From contig JBDSNC010000301.1 of assembly GCA_039915545.1 (NCBI GenBank), positions 4,977 to 68,976 on the forward strand: DNA of 64,000 nucleotides. Reading direction: 5' to 3'. Below are positions 39,116 through 49,324 of this stretch, piece by piece. The stretch comes from Luteolibacter sp. Lineage in GTDB: Bacteria; Verrucomicrobiota; Verrucomicrobiia; Verrucomicrobiales; Akkermansiaceae. The notes below the pieces were generated by a model that was given only the letters and a program-made list of their open reading frames with translations, was not told the origin of the DNA and did not search any database. Numbering within the stretch: the stretch's first letter is position 1; each line of letters starts with the position of its first letter. The translations under genes were made by a program, and so were the position numbers.

Positions 39116-40837
39116 TTAGGGAGCGAGGACCGGTCCGGTGATCACGGTGCGGGTTTCCTTCCAGCGGATGCCCGGATGGGTGGCGACTCCGGGAGCCGCG
39201 TTGGTGACGGCCACATAGCAACCGGGGCGCTGCCACGAGCGTAGCAACATCTTGCCGTTTCTGGATGCGAAACCGCTGATTTCCTTCTGAATCAACGGCT
39301 GGACCATTGATAGGTCGACGGGCGTCATGCCGAAACGCTTGCCGGTGGTGACGCCGTCCGCCCGGTACCACTGGCTGTCGTTGTCCAGGAAGTACAGTGT
39401 TTCTATCGGAAAATCGAAAGTCGAGAGAAGCGTGTGCGTCTCGCTGGTCCGCTCGATGCGGCCCCGTGTCGACACTACTGCGGAAAGTAGGTGCCCGTGT
39501 TCCGAGCGGCTCTGGAACCAGTCGCCCGAAGCGTTCAGTTTTCCATCAGACGGCTGCAGGTTGAAATTGCCGCGTGTGTCCGAGCTGTTGGTGAATCGGG
39601 CCCAGCGGCTGGAGGCGATAGGCACCGGGCTGAAAATCGACGGCTCGGCGATCGTGAACCGCGATCCTGTCAGAACGCCGGTGCGGCAGAACTGCTCCTG
39701 ATGGAGATAGGCCGCGTTCTGGTCGCCGTCCGGGCGCACTTCCATCAGCACGCGCCGCATGCCGGATCCGCCGAAGCCGTCCTGGATGATGATCAGCGCG
39801 ATCAGGATCAGGCTGGCCACCAGCGAGATGAGAGGCGTGGTGATGAAAAGCTTGTGGCGCTTGCCGGACTTCGCAAAAACGAACAGATTGATAGGACCTA
39901 CCACCACGGCGAACACGATGAGGACCGCGATGAAAAGGCCGTATTGGAAAGTCTGGCTGCCGAAGTAGGATTGCAGCGGCCAACCGCCATCGAAATCGGA
40001 TTTGATGGAACCGCTGCGGGTGACGTTCGGATTCGCATGATTGACCAGATCCAGAGTGGGTTTCGGATCCAGTTTCAAATCGGACCCAATGCTTTTGAAT
40101 ATCACGCTGCCGAAGCTCGCGTCTTCGGGGATTCCCAGCGATTTCGCGTTCACGGTGCCGGTCGAGTAGATGACCAGCTGCCCTCCTAACCGCAGCCATG
40201 ACAGGAGTGCATTGCGTCCGCTCGACGGCATGTTGGACCAGTCGGTGTCGGTCATGATCACGCTGTCGTAACCGGAGAATGCCAGCCAGTTGTCCGGCAG
40301 TTGTTTTGGATCGAATTTCGCGGCGAACTCATTGCGTCCGCCGTAGGAACTGCTGCTGCCCATGGCAGCGTCCAAGGACGAGGCGTTCGGCGTGAAAAGT
40401 GCCTCGCTGAGAAGGACAGCCGGCTGCGAGTTGTCGGCGATCGCGTTCATGCTGTTGTTCGCGTCACCGAGTGAACCGGTCAGGCGGGTGGTGACGTTCG
40501 CTCCCCAGGAGTAAGATGCCACGCTTGGACACAGCGGCACGAGGATGTCCTGCGTGACGGTTTTTCCCGCGTCCGCGGTGAAGCCGAAGGAGGATGCAGC
40601 GTGAGTGCCTTGGGAGTAATTGGTGCCGCTGTCGAACGATAGCTGGATCGAGCGGTCCGTCTTCAGGTTGTTGGCGATCTTGACCCGCACCGGCAGATAG
40701 CCGCCTGACGAGGGTTTTGAAAACAACGCGACCACTTCGACATGGGTGTCCGTTTTCGGATCATACACCTCACGGATGATTGTCTCCTGGGCGGCGACGG
40801 GAAGGACGAGTGCGAGGAAAAGCAGGTGACGGAGCAT
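39116..40837 (-). CDS. Exported/membrane protein of the MoxR cassette
   Basis: Signal peptide; LPDNWLAFSGYD...WLRLGG; two TM segments around VVGPINLF. Confidence 0.8.
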   Translation of the reverse strand: MLRHLLFLALVLPVAAQETIIREVYDPKTDTHVEVVALFSKPSSGGYLPVRVKIANNLKTDRSIQLSFDSGTNYSQGTHAASSFGFTADAGKTVTQDILVPLCPSVASYSWGANVTTRLTGSLGDANNSMNAIADNSQPAVLLSEALFTPNASSLDAAMGSSSSYGGRNEFAAKFDPKQLPDNWLAFSGYDSVIMTDTDWSNMPSSGRNALLSWLRLGGQLVIYSTGTVNAKSLGIPEDASFGSVIFKSIGSDLKLDPKPTLDLVNHANPNVTRSGSIKSDFDGGWPLQSYFGSQTFQYGLFIAVLIVFAVVVGPINLFVFAKSGKRHKLFITTPLISLVASLILIALIIIQDGFGGSGMRRVLMEVRPDGDQNAAYLHQEQFCRTGVLTGSRFTIAEPSIFSPVPIASSRWARFTNSSDTRGNFNLQPSDGKLNASGDWFQSRSEHGHLLSAVVSTRGRIERTSETHTLLSTFDFPIETLYFLDNDSQWYRADGVTTGKRFGMTPVDLSMVQPLIQKEISGFASRNGKMLLRSWQRPGCYVAVTNAAPGVATHPGIRWKETRTVITGPVLAP

Positions 40838-40864
40838 GGCGGAATGAATTTTCAGGAAAAACGG

Positions 40865-41872
40865 TTACGCGGATTTCAGATTCTTCGGCGTGGCCGTATC
40901 CTGGAACGGAACCTCGTCCAACAGCGCGCGCACGATGTCGTTCGTCGTGTGCCCTTCCACCCGCGCGTTGTAATCGAGCACGATCCGGTGTCGCAGCACG
41001 GCGGGGGCGATGGCTTTCACATCTTCGAAGCTCGCGTTCGTCCGCTCCTGCATCAGTGCGCGGGCTTTGGCACCGGACGCGAGCGCGAGCGCCGCCCGCG
41101 GGCTGGCTCCGTAGCGGATGCCGCGCGCCGCGGCGGACTGGCCGGGATGGCTGGCATCGACGAGGCGGGCGATGTAGTTCGCGACCACGTCGGGAAGATA
41201 GATTTTCCTAACCAACTCCAGCAGTGAATCCAGCGTTTCCGCGCTCATCACCGGATCGACCTGCGGTTCGGTGCCGAGTTCTCGGTGGGAAACGATGCGC
41301 TGGAGCGTGGCAACGTCGTTGCGGGTGACTTCGAGCTTGAAGAGAAATCGGTCGAGCTGGGCTTCCGGGAGAGGATAGGTGCCTTCGAGTTCGATCGGGT
41401 TCTGTGTGGCGAGCACAAAAAACGGCTTCGGCAGGTCGTGGGTTTTTCCGAGAACGGTCACGCGACGTTCCTGCATCGCCTCGAGCAGGGCGGACTGGGT
41501 TTTCGGCGACGCCCGGTTGATTTCGTCGGCCAGCACGATGTTGGTGAAAAGCGGGCCCGGCTGGAAAACGAACTCGCGGCGGCCGTCCACTTCCTGGAGC
41601 ACCGGATTTCCCGTAATGTCGCCCGGCAGGAGGTCAGGCGTGAACTGCACGCGCTTGGTGCCGAGTTTGAGGAGCTTCGAGAGTCCTTTGACGAGTTCCG
41701 TTTTTCCCAGACCCGGCAAACCTTCCAGCAGGATGTGTCCCCGGGCAAGCACGCCGGTGATCACGAGGTCGATGAGTTCCTCCTGGCCGAACAGGACCTG
41801 GTTGAGCCCGCTCGAAAGCGAGCGGAGGTGTTTGGCTGCTTCGGCGACTTCCGTTTCGGTGGCGTTTTCCAT
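40865..41872 (-). CDS. moxR: MoxR-family AAA+ ATPase
   Basis: HILLEGLPGLGKT, RVQFTPDLLPGDITG, LADEINRASPKTQSALLEAMQE, ATQNPIELEGTYPLPEAQLDRF. Confidence 0.96.
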   Translation of the reverse strand: MENATETEVAEAAKHLRSLSSGLNQVLFGQEELIDLVITGVLARGHILLEGLPGLGKTELVKGLSKLLKLGTKRVQFTPDLLPGDITGNPVLQEVDGRREFVFQPGPLFTNIVLADEINRASPKTQSALLEAMQERRVTVLGKTHDLPKPFFVLATQNPIELEGTYPLPEAQLDRFLFKLEVTRNDVATLQRIVSHRELGTEPQVDPVMSAETLDSLLELVRKIYLPDVVANYIARLVDASHPGQSAAARGIRYGASPRAALALASGAKARALMQERTNASFEDVKAIAPAVLRHRIVLDYNARVEGHTTNDIVRALLDEVPFQDTATPKNLKSA

Positions 41873-41922
41873 GGGTGGTTCCTGAATTCCCCGGAACGCT
41901 AGCAGGCCCAGCGCCCTTGGGA

Positions 41923-41949
41923 ATGAAGAAGGTGTGAAATTTCAATGAA
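41923..41949 (-). promoter_or_regulatory. Three 11-bp-phased TTCA(C/T) half-sites (OmpR/PhoB-type box) upstream of moxR
   Basis: Plus strand atgaa 41923, gtgaa 41934, atgaa 41945; TAGCGT -10-like hexamer at 41896-41901. Confidence 0.4.
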
Positions 41950-41971
41950 TGCAGGAGGCTCCGGCGGGGGC

Positions 41972-42007
41972 AAAAAAACAGGGCGTGATGCTCTCGCACC
42001 ACGCCCT
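41972..42007 (-). terminator. Intrinsic terminator after the PhoD gene
   Basis: Stem agggcgtg/cacgccct followed on the minus strand by GTTTTTTT. Confidence 0.75.
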
Positions 42008-42039
42008 TCTCACCAGGCCATGTCAGTAACTGCGGTTCC

Positions 42040-45000
42040 TCAGGGATTGTTCATTTTGAGACGCATCATGCGTTCCGGGTAGCCGCTGCTTGGGACGACA
42101 TCGCCGACTTTCACTGAAACCGGGCTGCTGCCGGTGGTGACAATGTGGGATTCTCCGCCACCGAGCCAGGTCCACGGGCCGTTGCCGGTTTTCGATGCGA
42201 CGTTGGTCCAAGTGCCGAGGTCGTCGCTGGCCTGGACCCGATAGGTGACGTCGGAAGGGGCGGGATTCGGCAGCGCGAAGCTGAGAGCGAGTCGGTCAGT
42301 GAGGAGCGCGTCGGCGTCATTGTTGAGCGGAACGGGGAGGGCGGACGGGCCGTTCACACCGGCACCGGTGGTCGGATCGATGCCGAGGGCGTATTCGACG
42401 AGGTTCTGCCCGCCGTCGTTGTCGTAGTCCGCGTCGTTGGCGAGGTTGCCAGCGATGGAGGTGGTGCCGAATTTCGCCGCGCGCCAGGTTTGCAGCTCAG
42501 TGGGAGCATCGATCTGGAAGCTGAAGACGGTGCGGGCCTGCGGGCCGTTGGCGTATTCGGTGCCGGAGTTCTGTGTTGTCGAATTCATGCCGATGCTGCT
42601 GACGGACAGTGTTTTCCCATCCGCGCTGACGTCGAGCGTGGTGAAGTTGAACGTGTCCGGGCTGTAGAAATCCACTGGCTGCGGGCTGCTACCGGCGGTG
42701 GCGTCACCTTCTCGATAGAGGCTGTGCAGACCGGGATAGTTTTCGAGGCCGATGGGATCGACATTCACACCCGTCTGGGCATTGGCGAGGCTGTCCGCGA
42801 TGTTCTTGATATTGACGAACGTGTGGTCCGTGATGGTGTCCGGTCCCGTGGCCCCGAGCGGGCCGCAGACGATGGAGAAACAGAACGGCACTTTCACATA
42901 GCTGGACTGCGTTCCTGTCTGGCCGGTGGGCGAGTAGGACAGCTCGTTGATGCGGTTCTGGTGATCGTCCGTGCTGAGGAACACGACGTTCGCGATGTGA
43001 TTGTCCACGATGAACTTGAGCAGCGCGTTGCGTTCGGCACGGTAGCCGCCCATGAACGCTTTGCCGCCGTCGGCGCTGACACTTGTTAGCGTGCCGGTGA
43101 GCGCACCGCCGATCGGGCCGAGCTGGTCGATCGGATCCGAGATGGAAACGAACTTCCAAGTGGTGCCGTTGCTCTGGGCATCCAACAGGGATTGCTCGAG
43201 CCAGGCGAGCTGGGTGGCGCCGAGGTAGGTGCGGTTCGGGTTGTCAGCGCGTGGGCCGGTATCATCGGCACCGGCGTTGGCCGTCTTCAGGCGGATGTCG
43301 CGGTAGGAACGGGCGTCGGTATTGATGTAGGTGGCGTTCTTGCCCCACTGTTGGGCGGAGTAGAGGCGCTTGCTGCCATCCGTGCGCGGGTCGGTAGGAG
43401 CACTGATCGTGCCGCGGTCGGCCATCGGTTGATAGCTGAGGAACACATCGCGCAAGGTTTGGAAACCGGTGGAGCGGTTCATGATGTCCGTGGCGGAAGT
43501 GTTCACGTCGTTGATGTTAGCCGGGTTCCCCGCGCCGTTGTCACGGGCATCGACGCCGCGTCCGGAGGGCATGTCGGTGCCGGTAGCACCGCCTACGGAA
43601 CCGCCGGCAGGTGAGCCGCCGTCGATGTATTTGCGGTTGCCGAGCTCGTGGTTGTCCCAGGTGGTGTAGTTGCCTTGACCTGCGTAGAGCGTCTGAAGGC
43701 TGTTCTGGCCGCCAGCGTTCACTGGCAGGAAATTCTCACGATACTTCTTGGCATAGTCTGCTTTTAACTGGGCCTGCGTGGCAAACGTGGTGCCTCCTAC
43801 GGGAACTCCGTTCAGGTTTAGCGCGGAGTTGGAAAGCGTGACTGATGGAGAATTAAGCCATGTGGCGGCGTTGTTACCGGCGACGTTGCTGGCGTTTTCG
43901 TAAATCACATCGCCGAGGTTGACGTAGAAGTCGAGGTTCTGCGAGGGGATGACGCTGGCAAGCGCGTAGGGACGCATGAGTCCGTCGTTGTCTCCACTGA
44001 AGGCGAAGTGCAAGGGGGCCGAAGCATTGGCCGCAGGTGCGGTCTTGAATGTACCGACTCCGCTGGTCTCACCCGAGCCATTGACTACGAAGCGGTAGAA
44101 GAACTTCGTGCCGGAAGCGAGCCCAGTCGCGGAAACCTTGGCGGTGTGGTCCTTCGTCGCATCAATCACCGCGCTGAAGCTCACCGGTGTGGTGAATGCC
44201 GGATCAGTGGCGACTTGTGCGGTGATGTTGTAGGCAACCCCTTCGTTCGAGCGTGTCCAGAGCGTGGCGCTGGTGCTGTCCGCATCACCGGCGGAGACTC
44301 CGAGGAAGGTCGGAGTGACCGTGGTGCCGGGGGAGCCGATTTCAGTGGAGTCGTTCTTTGCTGCGAAGGCTCCGTTGACGCCCACCGCGCTGAGGGTGGA
44401 AATCGTCGGGCCGGGAAGCGTGGTGCTGCCGAGGCCGGCCTTGTTGTCGAAGGTGGCGAACGGTCCTGTTGGGGATGCGCCGAAGACGATGCCGGTGATG
44501 ACGTTGCCGCCGGCATCGAAGAGGTTGACCGCATCGCCGGAGGAACTGAGTCCGACGCCGGTGCCCGTATAGTTTCCTATCTGACGGTTGGCCGGTGGGT
44601 TTCCTCCGAACCAGAGGGAACGGAAGGTGGCGCTCTTGCCTGCGAGATCGGCGGTTTCCATGAAAATCACCGACTCGCCGGGAGCGATGCTGGTGACGCC
44701 GCCGAGGGCGACCGATGTGGCGAAGGCGGGCGAGCTGTCATCCATTCTCCAGCCGGTGGTGTTGATGGGGTTCGTGCCGATGTTCGTGACTTCGAACCAG
44801 TCGACCGCGAGAGTTCCGCTGTTGCTGTTGGACCAGGGAGCCACTTCGGTGATGACGATGGAACCTGCCGGAACCGCTTGGGCGATGGTGAGGGTGAAAT
44901 TCACGCTAACATCCGGTGTTGTTCCAACAGACACGTCGTCCACACTCACCGTGACGTTGTAGGCAGGCTTCGTGGCGTAGCTCAGTGTCGTTCCGGCCTT

Positions 45001-48000
45001 GAGATATAGGGAGCCACCGGTGATCTCGAAGAAAGCCGCATCCGTTCCTGATAGGGAAATGGCATTGGTGCCTTGTCCGTCATCGGTGACCGTGATGTCC
45101 GCAACCTTGATCGGACTAACCGTGCTGGCGCTCTCGACGATGAGAGAAACCTTGTTGTTCAGCGCGACCGCCGTGGGAGGCAGGTTGGCCACGTCGTTGT
45201 CAATGATGGTGACAGTGGCGGATGCGGGCGTTCCGACATCGTAGCTGCCGGTATCACCCAGATTCAGCGTGACGGTCTCGCCGCCCTCGACCTCGGAGTC
45301 GTCCACCGGAGTGATGGTGATATCGACGAACGACTCGCCTGCGGGGATCGTCGCTGGGGAGGCGAGCGCCGGTGTATAATCCGCACTCGTGGCTTGACCG
45401 GACCCGGAGGCGATCGAGTAAACCACTGTCATTGCGCTGGTGGTGCTTCCCGTCCGGGAAATCCGGAAAGTGCCTGAATCCGGACCCGTTTCCGAAGCCC
45501 CCGCATCGGTCGCCACGATGGATACCAGCGGGATGGATGAAACGGCGGCTGTTCCCGGCGAGCCGATTTCATTGGTGGTGGCAGCGGCGGTGAATGCGCC
45601 GTTTTGTCCGGGCACGCTGATCTGCGAGATGATAGCGCTGTCGAGACCGGCAGCGTTGTCGAAGGTACCACGCGGAGCGGCCGAGGGTGATGCTCCGAAA
45701 TCCACCCTGGCTTTGAGATTGCCTACACCGTCGTAGATTGTCACTGCGTCGCCGCTGGTGCTGAGGCCGGGACCACCGTAATATCCGATCCTAAGGCCAA
45801 ACGGCACATTCGATCCGAACCAGTTGGTTTTGAAATCCTCAATTTTGGCCTGCCCGTCGACAAAGATAACAGACTCGCCGGCCGCGATGCTGGTGATGCT
45901 CCCGTTCAGGGCACCGGCGGAACTAAAACCGAGCACATTACTGTCCGTCATTGTCCAACCGGAGATGTTCACTGCGGTCGAGCCGGTGTTCGTCAATTCG
46001 AACCAGTCCGCACCCACCGCGCTGTCGCCACTGCTCCACGGTGCCACCTCGGTGACTCTGATGGTGCCGGACCCGCCGGAGACCGCAGTGAGATTGAGAG
46101 TGAAATTTCCCGAGGCGTCGGGAGTGGCTCCGACGGTGGTGTCATCGACATTGACGGTCACGCTGTAGCTGGGCTTGGTGGCGAAGCTCAGTGCGGTTCC
46201 CGCTTTCAGATAGAGACCGCTTCCAATGATTTGGAACGAGGCGGCGTCCGGGCCGGAAACTGATAGCGTGTTCACGCCCACGCCGTCGGCATCCGCGACC
46301 ATGATGTTGGCCATTTTTACTGGAAGCGTGGTAGACGTGGTTTCCGGGATGGTAGTGGAGGCGGCGCTCAGGGCCAGAGCGGTGGGAGCGACGTCGGTCA
46401 CGTTGGAAGGAGCGAACACCCAGAGCTGCGGGTGTTCCTGATCGCCACCGCCGTTTTCACTGACGACATAGATGTTTCCGGCGCGGTCCATTGTGATGCC
46501 TTCCTGCGTCTGGTTTTGGATGGAGAGCGGATTACCTGCATCGGCCACGAGGGTCAGGGTGCTGAAGATGTTTCCGGAGCGGTCCACATTGCGGATCATA
46601 CCCGATTCCTGGCTGAGGATGAGGAGGTTGCCCGCCTGCGGTTGGCCTGTCATGGACGGCAGGTTGGAGAACGCGAAAACATCGGACATGTCTTCGAGAC
46701 TGGCGAGGGCGGGATCGAAGAGGTTCGTGGAATTCACCGTGGATGGCGAACCGTTCGAAGCCGTGCCCGCTGTGAAATCAATCGTTGTCTGGAAAATGCC
46801 TTCGGGCTCCATTTCCTTGGCAAAAATGAAACCGCCCGTCTGAGGGTCGTAGGTCAATCCTTCGAGACCGATGTTTCCAACGGTGGTGCCCACCTTGACG
46901 GTCTGCGCCGCAGCCCGGGTCAGCGTGCCGCCGGCGACGTAGGTGAATTTCACCGCCTGACGGTCGCGCTCCTCGGTCATGACGAACTGTCCGCCACCGA
47001 TGTAGGTGATGCCTTCGGTATCGAAAAACTCCGTGCTTTGCGCGCTTGTTCCCGGAGGCAGCGTCATCGAGCTGACAAGCTGGCCGGTCTTCGTGACTTC
47101 CGTGACGGAAGTGCCGCCGTCGCCGACGATGAAGAGAGTGTCCGCGTCCCAGTTGTAGGTCACGCCGGACGCTTCCTGAGCCAAAAGGCTGTTAGCCGGT
47201 GGTGTGGTCCGGGTGGGTTCCGGCAGATCATAACGGCCCACGCGGACGTATTTGGATAGATCAACGGAAGTGGGACCGGATGCGACCGGCGCGAATGCGA
47301 CACCTTTGATGATCGCTCCTGTTGGAGCGGTGTAGAGGGTGGCGTTGTTGGCGGTTGTGATCGAAATGGTGGAGTTGAATCCGCTGGTATCGGTGATTTT
47401 CAACAAGCTGTTGGCGGTGAGCGCACCCAGTCCGGTCGTTACATAGAGCGTGGCTCCGTTAGCATTGTCGCTTGCCGCCAATCCGAAGCCGCCGAACGTG
47501 GTGGTGTAGGTGCCGTTGGAGACCCATGATCCGCCAAAAAGTGAGTATTTGGCAATGGTTCCTGCGGTATTGGAAGTACCGGACAACACATAAAGCACAT
47601 CGAATGCGGAACCGTTGTCTCCCGAAGAGATGAGGAAGAAGTCCTGTAACGCCGCATTGTTTGTCAGACCTGACAGGCCTGTGGCGGTGGCGCCAGTCGG
47701 CGCGCTGATGGTGGCGACTTGGATCGTGGCGGCCGTGCCGGAGGCCTGCCCGAGATAGACGCTGCCGCCGAAATTCTTCACACCACGGAAATTTCCGGAA
47801 GGACTGCCGGTGGTGGTCGAGTTCGTGTAAAGCCCTCCTTGATCTGCAATGAACCAGGTCGAATTGTCGAGAGTGGTCGCACAGCGGGTTTGATTGCCTG
47901 ATGATCCCGTGTAGGTGGCGGCGAGCGAGAATGTGCCTGCATTGTTGAAGACACCCACGCCACGGGCTGTGAGCGTATTGGCATTGGTGGTACCCGAGGT

Positions 48001-48327
48001 GGTGGAGTTGTGACCGGTGAAAGCGAGCAGCGTCCGATCCTGGGAGTTTGCCAGATACCCGGTGCTGGTCGCGGAACCGCTGAAACGCAGCGAGCCTGGC
48101 AGGGTTGTACCGTCGATCGCGATGGTTTGGACGGGAGTGGAGGGCGTGGACGAGGTCGGGCTAACCTCCACAACGGAGCAAGTGGTGTTGCTGGTCGAGG
48201 CCGCAGCCTGGAGGATGGCCAGGTTTCCACTGGTGAAGGAAGCCGCCTCAAGGTGGCCGGTCCAACAGGCGAAGGTCAGCGTCATCGCAAGGGACACGCG
48301 AGGGGAGGGAAGGTGTTTCGGATTCAT
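42040..48327 (-). CDS. Large secreted PhoD-family alkaline phosphatase with YjiK/SdiA-regulated propeller, cadherin-like, two lamin-tail and Calx-beta domains and a C-terminal sorting-like domain
   Basis: Likely start MNPKHL at 48327. EASGVTYN...EGITY propeller; ITEV...DWFE lamin tail; VSAGD...LWTR, NLGDVIY, WDNHE, DARSYR, LGATQLAWL, TDDH (PhoD); ends YRVQASDDLGTW...MMRLK. Confidence 0.88.
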   Translation of the reverse strand: MNPKHLPSPRVSLAMTLTFACWTGHLEAASFTSGNLAILQAAASTSNTTCSVVEVSPTSSTPSTPVQTIAIDGTTLPGSLRFSGSATSTGYLANSQDRTLLAFTGHNSTTSGTTNANTLTARGVGVFNNAGTFSLAATYTGSSGNQTRCATTLDNSTWFIADQGGLYTNSTTTGSPSGNFRGVKNFGGSVYLGQASGTAATIQVATISAPTGATATGLSGLTNNAALQDFFLISSGDNGSAFDVLYVLSGTSNTAGTIAKYSLFGGSWVSNGTYTTTFGGFGLAASDNANGATLYVTTGLGALTANSLLKITDTSGFNSTISITTANNATLYTAPTGAIIKGVAFAPVASGPTSVDLSKYVRVGRYDLPEPTRTTPPANSLLAQEASGVTYNWDADTLFIVGDGGTSVTEVTKTGQLVSSMTLPPGTSAQSTEFFDTEGITYIGGGQFVMTEERDRQAVKFTYVAGGTLTRAAAQTVKVGTTVGNIGLEGLTYDPQTGGFIFAKEMEPEGIFQTTIDFTAGTASNGSPSTVNSTNLFDPALASLEDMSDVFAFSNLPSMTGQPQAGNLLILSQESGMIRNVDRSGNIFSTLTLVADAGNPLSIQNQTQEGITMDRAGNIYVVSENGGGDQEHPQLWVFAPSNVTDVAPTALALSAASTTIPETTSTTLPVKMANIMVADADGVGVNTLSVSGPDAASFQIIGSGLYLKAGTALSFATKPSYSVTVNVDDTTVGATPDASGNFTLNLTAVSGGSGTIRVTEVAPWSSGDSAVGADWFELTNTGSTAVNISGWTMTDSNVLGFSSAGALNGSITSIAAGESVIFVDGQAKIEDFKTNWFGSNVPFGLRIGYYGGPGLSTSGDAVTIYDGVGNLKARVDFGASPSAAPRGTFDNAAGLDSAIISQISVPGQNGAFTAAATTNEIGSPGTAAVSSIPLVSIVATDAGASETGPDSGTFRISRTGSTTSAMTVVYSIASGSGQATSADYTPALASPATIPAGESFVDITITPVDDSEVEGGETVTLNLGDTGSYDVGTPASATVTIIDNDVANLPPTAVALNNKVSLIVESASTVSPIKVADITVTDDGQGTNAISLSGTDAAFFEITGGSLYLKAGTTLSYATKPAYNVTVSVDDVSVGTTPDVSVNFTLTIAQAVPAGSIVITEVAPWSNSNSGTLAVDWFEVTNIGTNPINTTGWRMDDSSPAFATSVALGGVTSIAPGESVIFMETADLAGKSATFRSLWFGGNPPANRQIGNYTGTGVGLSSSGDAVNLFDAGGNVITGIVFGASPTGPFATFDNKAGLGSTTLPGPTISTLSAVGVNGAFAAKNDSTEIGSPGTTVTPTFLGVSAGDADSTSATLWTRSNEGVAYNITAQVATDPAFTTPVSFSAVIDATKDHTAKVSATGLASGTKFFYRFVVNGSGETSGVGTFKTAPAANASAPLHFAFSGDNDGLMRPYALASVIPSQNLDFYVNLGDVIYENASNVAGNNAATWLNSPSVTLSNSALNLNGVPVGGTTFATQAQLKADYAKKYRENFLPVNAGGQNSLQTLYAGQGNYTTWDNHELGNRKYIDGGSPAGGSVGGATGTDMPSGRGVDARDNGAGNPANINDVNTSATDIMNRSTGFQTLRDVFLSYQPMADRGTISAPTDPRTDGSKRLYSAQQWGKNATYINTDARSYRDIRLKTANAGADDTGPRADNPNRTYLGATQLAWLEQSLLDAQSNGTTWKFVSISDPIDQLGPIGGALTGTLTSVSADGGKAFMGGYRAERNALLKFIVDNHIANVVFLSTDDHQNRINELSYSPTGQTGTQSSYVKVPFCFSIVCGPLGATGPDTITDHTFVNIKNIADSLANAQTGVNVDPIGLENYPGLHSLYREGDATAGSSPQPVDFYSPDTFNFTTLDVSADGKTLSVSSIGMNSTTQNSGTEYANGPQARTVFSFQIDAPTELQTWRAAKFGTTSIAGNLANDADYDNDGGQNLVEYALGIDPTTGAGVNGPSALPVPLNNDADALLTDRLALSFALPNPAPSDVTYRVQASDDLGTWTNVASKTGNGPWTWLGGGESHIVTTGSSPVSVKVGDVVPSSGYPERMMRLKMNNP

Positions 48328-48487
48328 GGGATTGGGATGGGAGACGCGTTTCGAGCGGACACATCTTGTTGCCAGGTGAACTCCCCTCAACCCATCCCAC
48401 GTGACATCTTCGCCACTTTTAAGTCCCAAGGAAAAGCGCGCCATCCTGCGATGGCGCGCCTTCCCTAACGGAATATGGGAAGCTCTA

Positions 48488-49315
48488 TCAAATATCGATC
48501 TCGCCTTCGAAGACGAAGTCCGCCGGACCTGTGAGGGTGACGTTCTTGAAAGTCTGATCGCCGGTTTTTTCAAAGCCGATCTCCAGCGTGTCACCGCCTT
48601 CGACGTCCACCTTGATCGGGCTCGGAGCACCGGTTAGGAGATGGTGAACGAGCGCCGAGGCGACCATGCCGGTGCCGCAGGCGAGGGTTTCATCCTCCAC
48701 GCCGCGCTCGAAGGTGCGGATGGCGATGTGGTCGGGAGCGAGGATGGCTGCGAAGTTCGCGTTGGTTCCTGCCGGGGCAAACGCGTCATGATTGCGGATC
48801 TCGCCGCCGTATTGGAAGACGTCGAAGTCTTCGAGCGCTGCCATGCTTTCGAGGAACGCGACGACGTGAGGCACGCCGGTGTTGACGAAATGCAGGCTGC
48901 CGTCGAGGCCGGGAACCTTCACGTCGATCTCGAGTTCGAGGTCCTTCGGGTCTGACATGGCGATGCGGACGTCGTCACCGATCATTTCCGCGCCGAGGGT
49001 TCCGACGATCGTTTCGAACGTCACTTTTTTGAGCACGATCTCGCCGAGGTGCGCGGTGAAGCGGCCGAAACAACGGGCGCCGTTGCCACACATTTCGGCT
49101 TCGCCTCCGTCCGCGTTGTAATAACGGAAACGGAAGTCCGCGCCTTTTTTCGCGGGTTCGACAGCGAGCAGTCCATCGGCTCCGATGCCGCGGTGGCGGT
49201 CGCAGAGCGCAGCGATGGTATCAGCGTCGAGGGCTTCGGTGAGCGAGAGGTCGCGATTGTCGACAATGATGAAGTCATTGCCCGCGCCGTTCATTTTGAA
49301 GAATTTGAGGAGCAT
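48488..49315 (-). CDS. dapF: Diaminopimelate epimerase
   Basis: KMNGAGNDF, GIGADG, EMCGNGARC, ERGVEDETLACGTG. Confidence 0.97.
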   Translation of the reverse strand: MLLKFFKMNGAGNDFIIVDNRDLSLTEALDADTIAALCDRHRGIGADGLLAVEPAKKGADFRFRYYNADGGEAEMCGNGARCFGRFTAHLGEIVLKKVTFETIVGTLGAEMIGDDVRIAMSDPKDLELEIDVKVPGLDGSLHFVNTGVPHVVAFLESMAALEDFDVFQYGGEIRNHDAFAPAGTNANFAAILAPDHIAIRTFERGVEDETLACGTGMVASALVHHLLTGAPSPIKVDVEGGDTLEIGFEKTGDQTFKNVTLTGPADFVFEGEIDI

Positions 49316-49324
49316 GGTTGGAAA

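Noticed and set aside
48328-48630. N-terminal extensions in the ORF track (PhoD, dapF, trpA, ABC permease, DUF58)
   Set aside because: They overlap upstream genes or translate intergenic heptamer repeats; downstream ATGs match the family starts.
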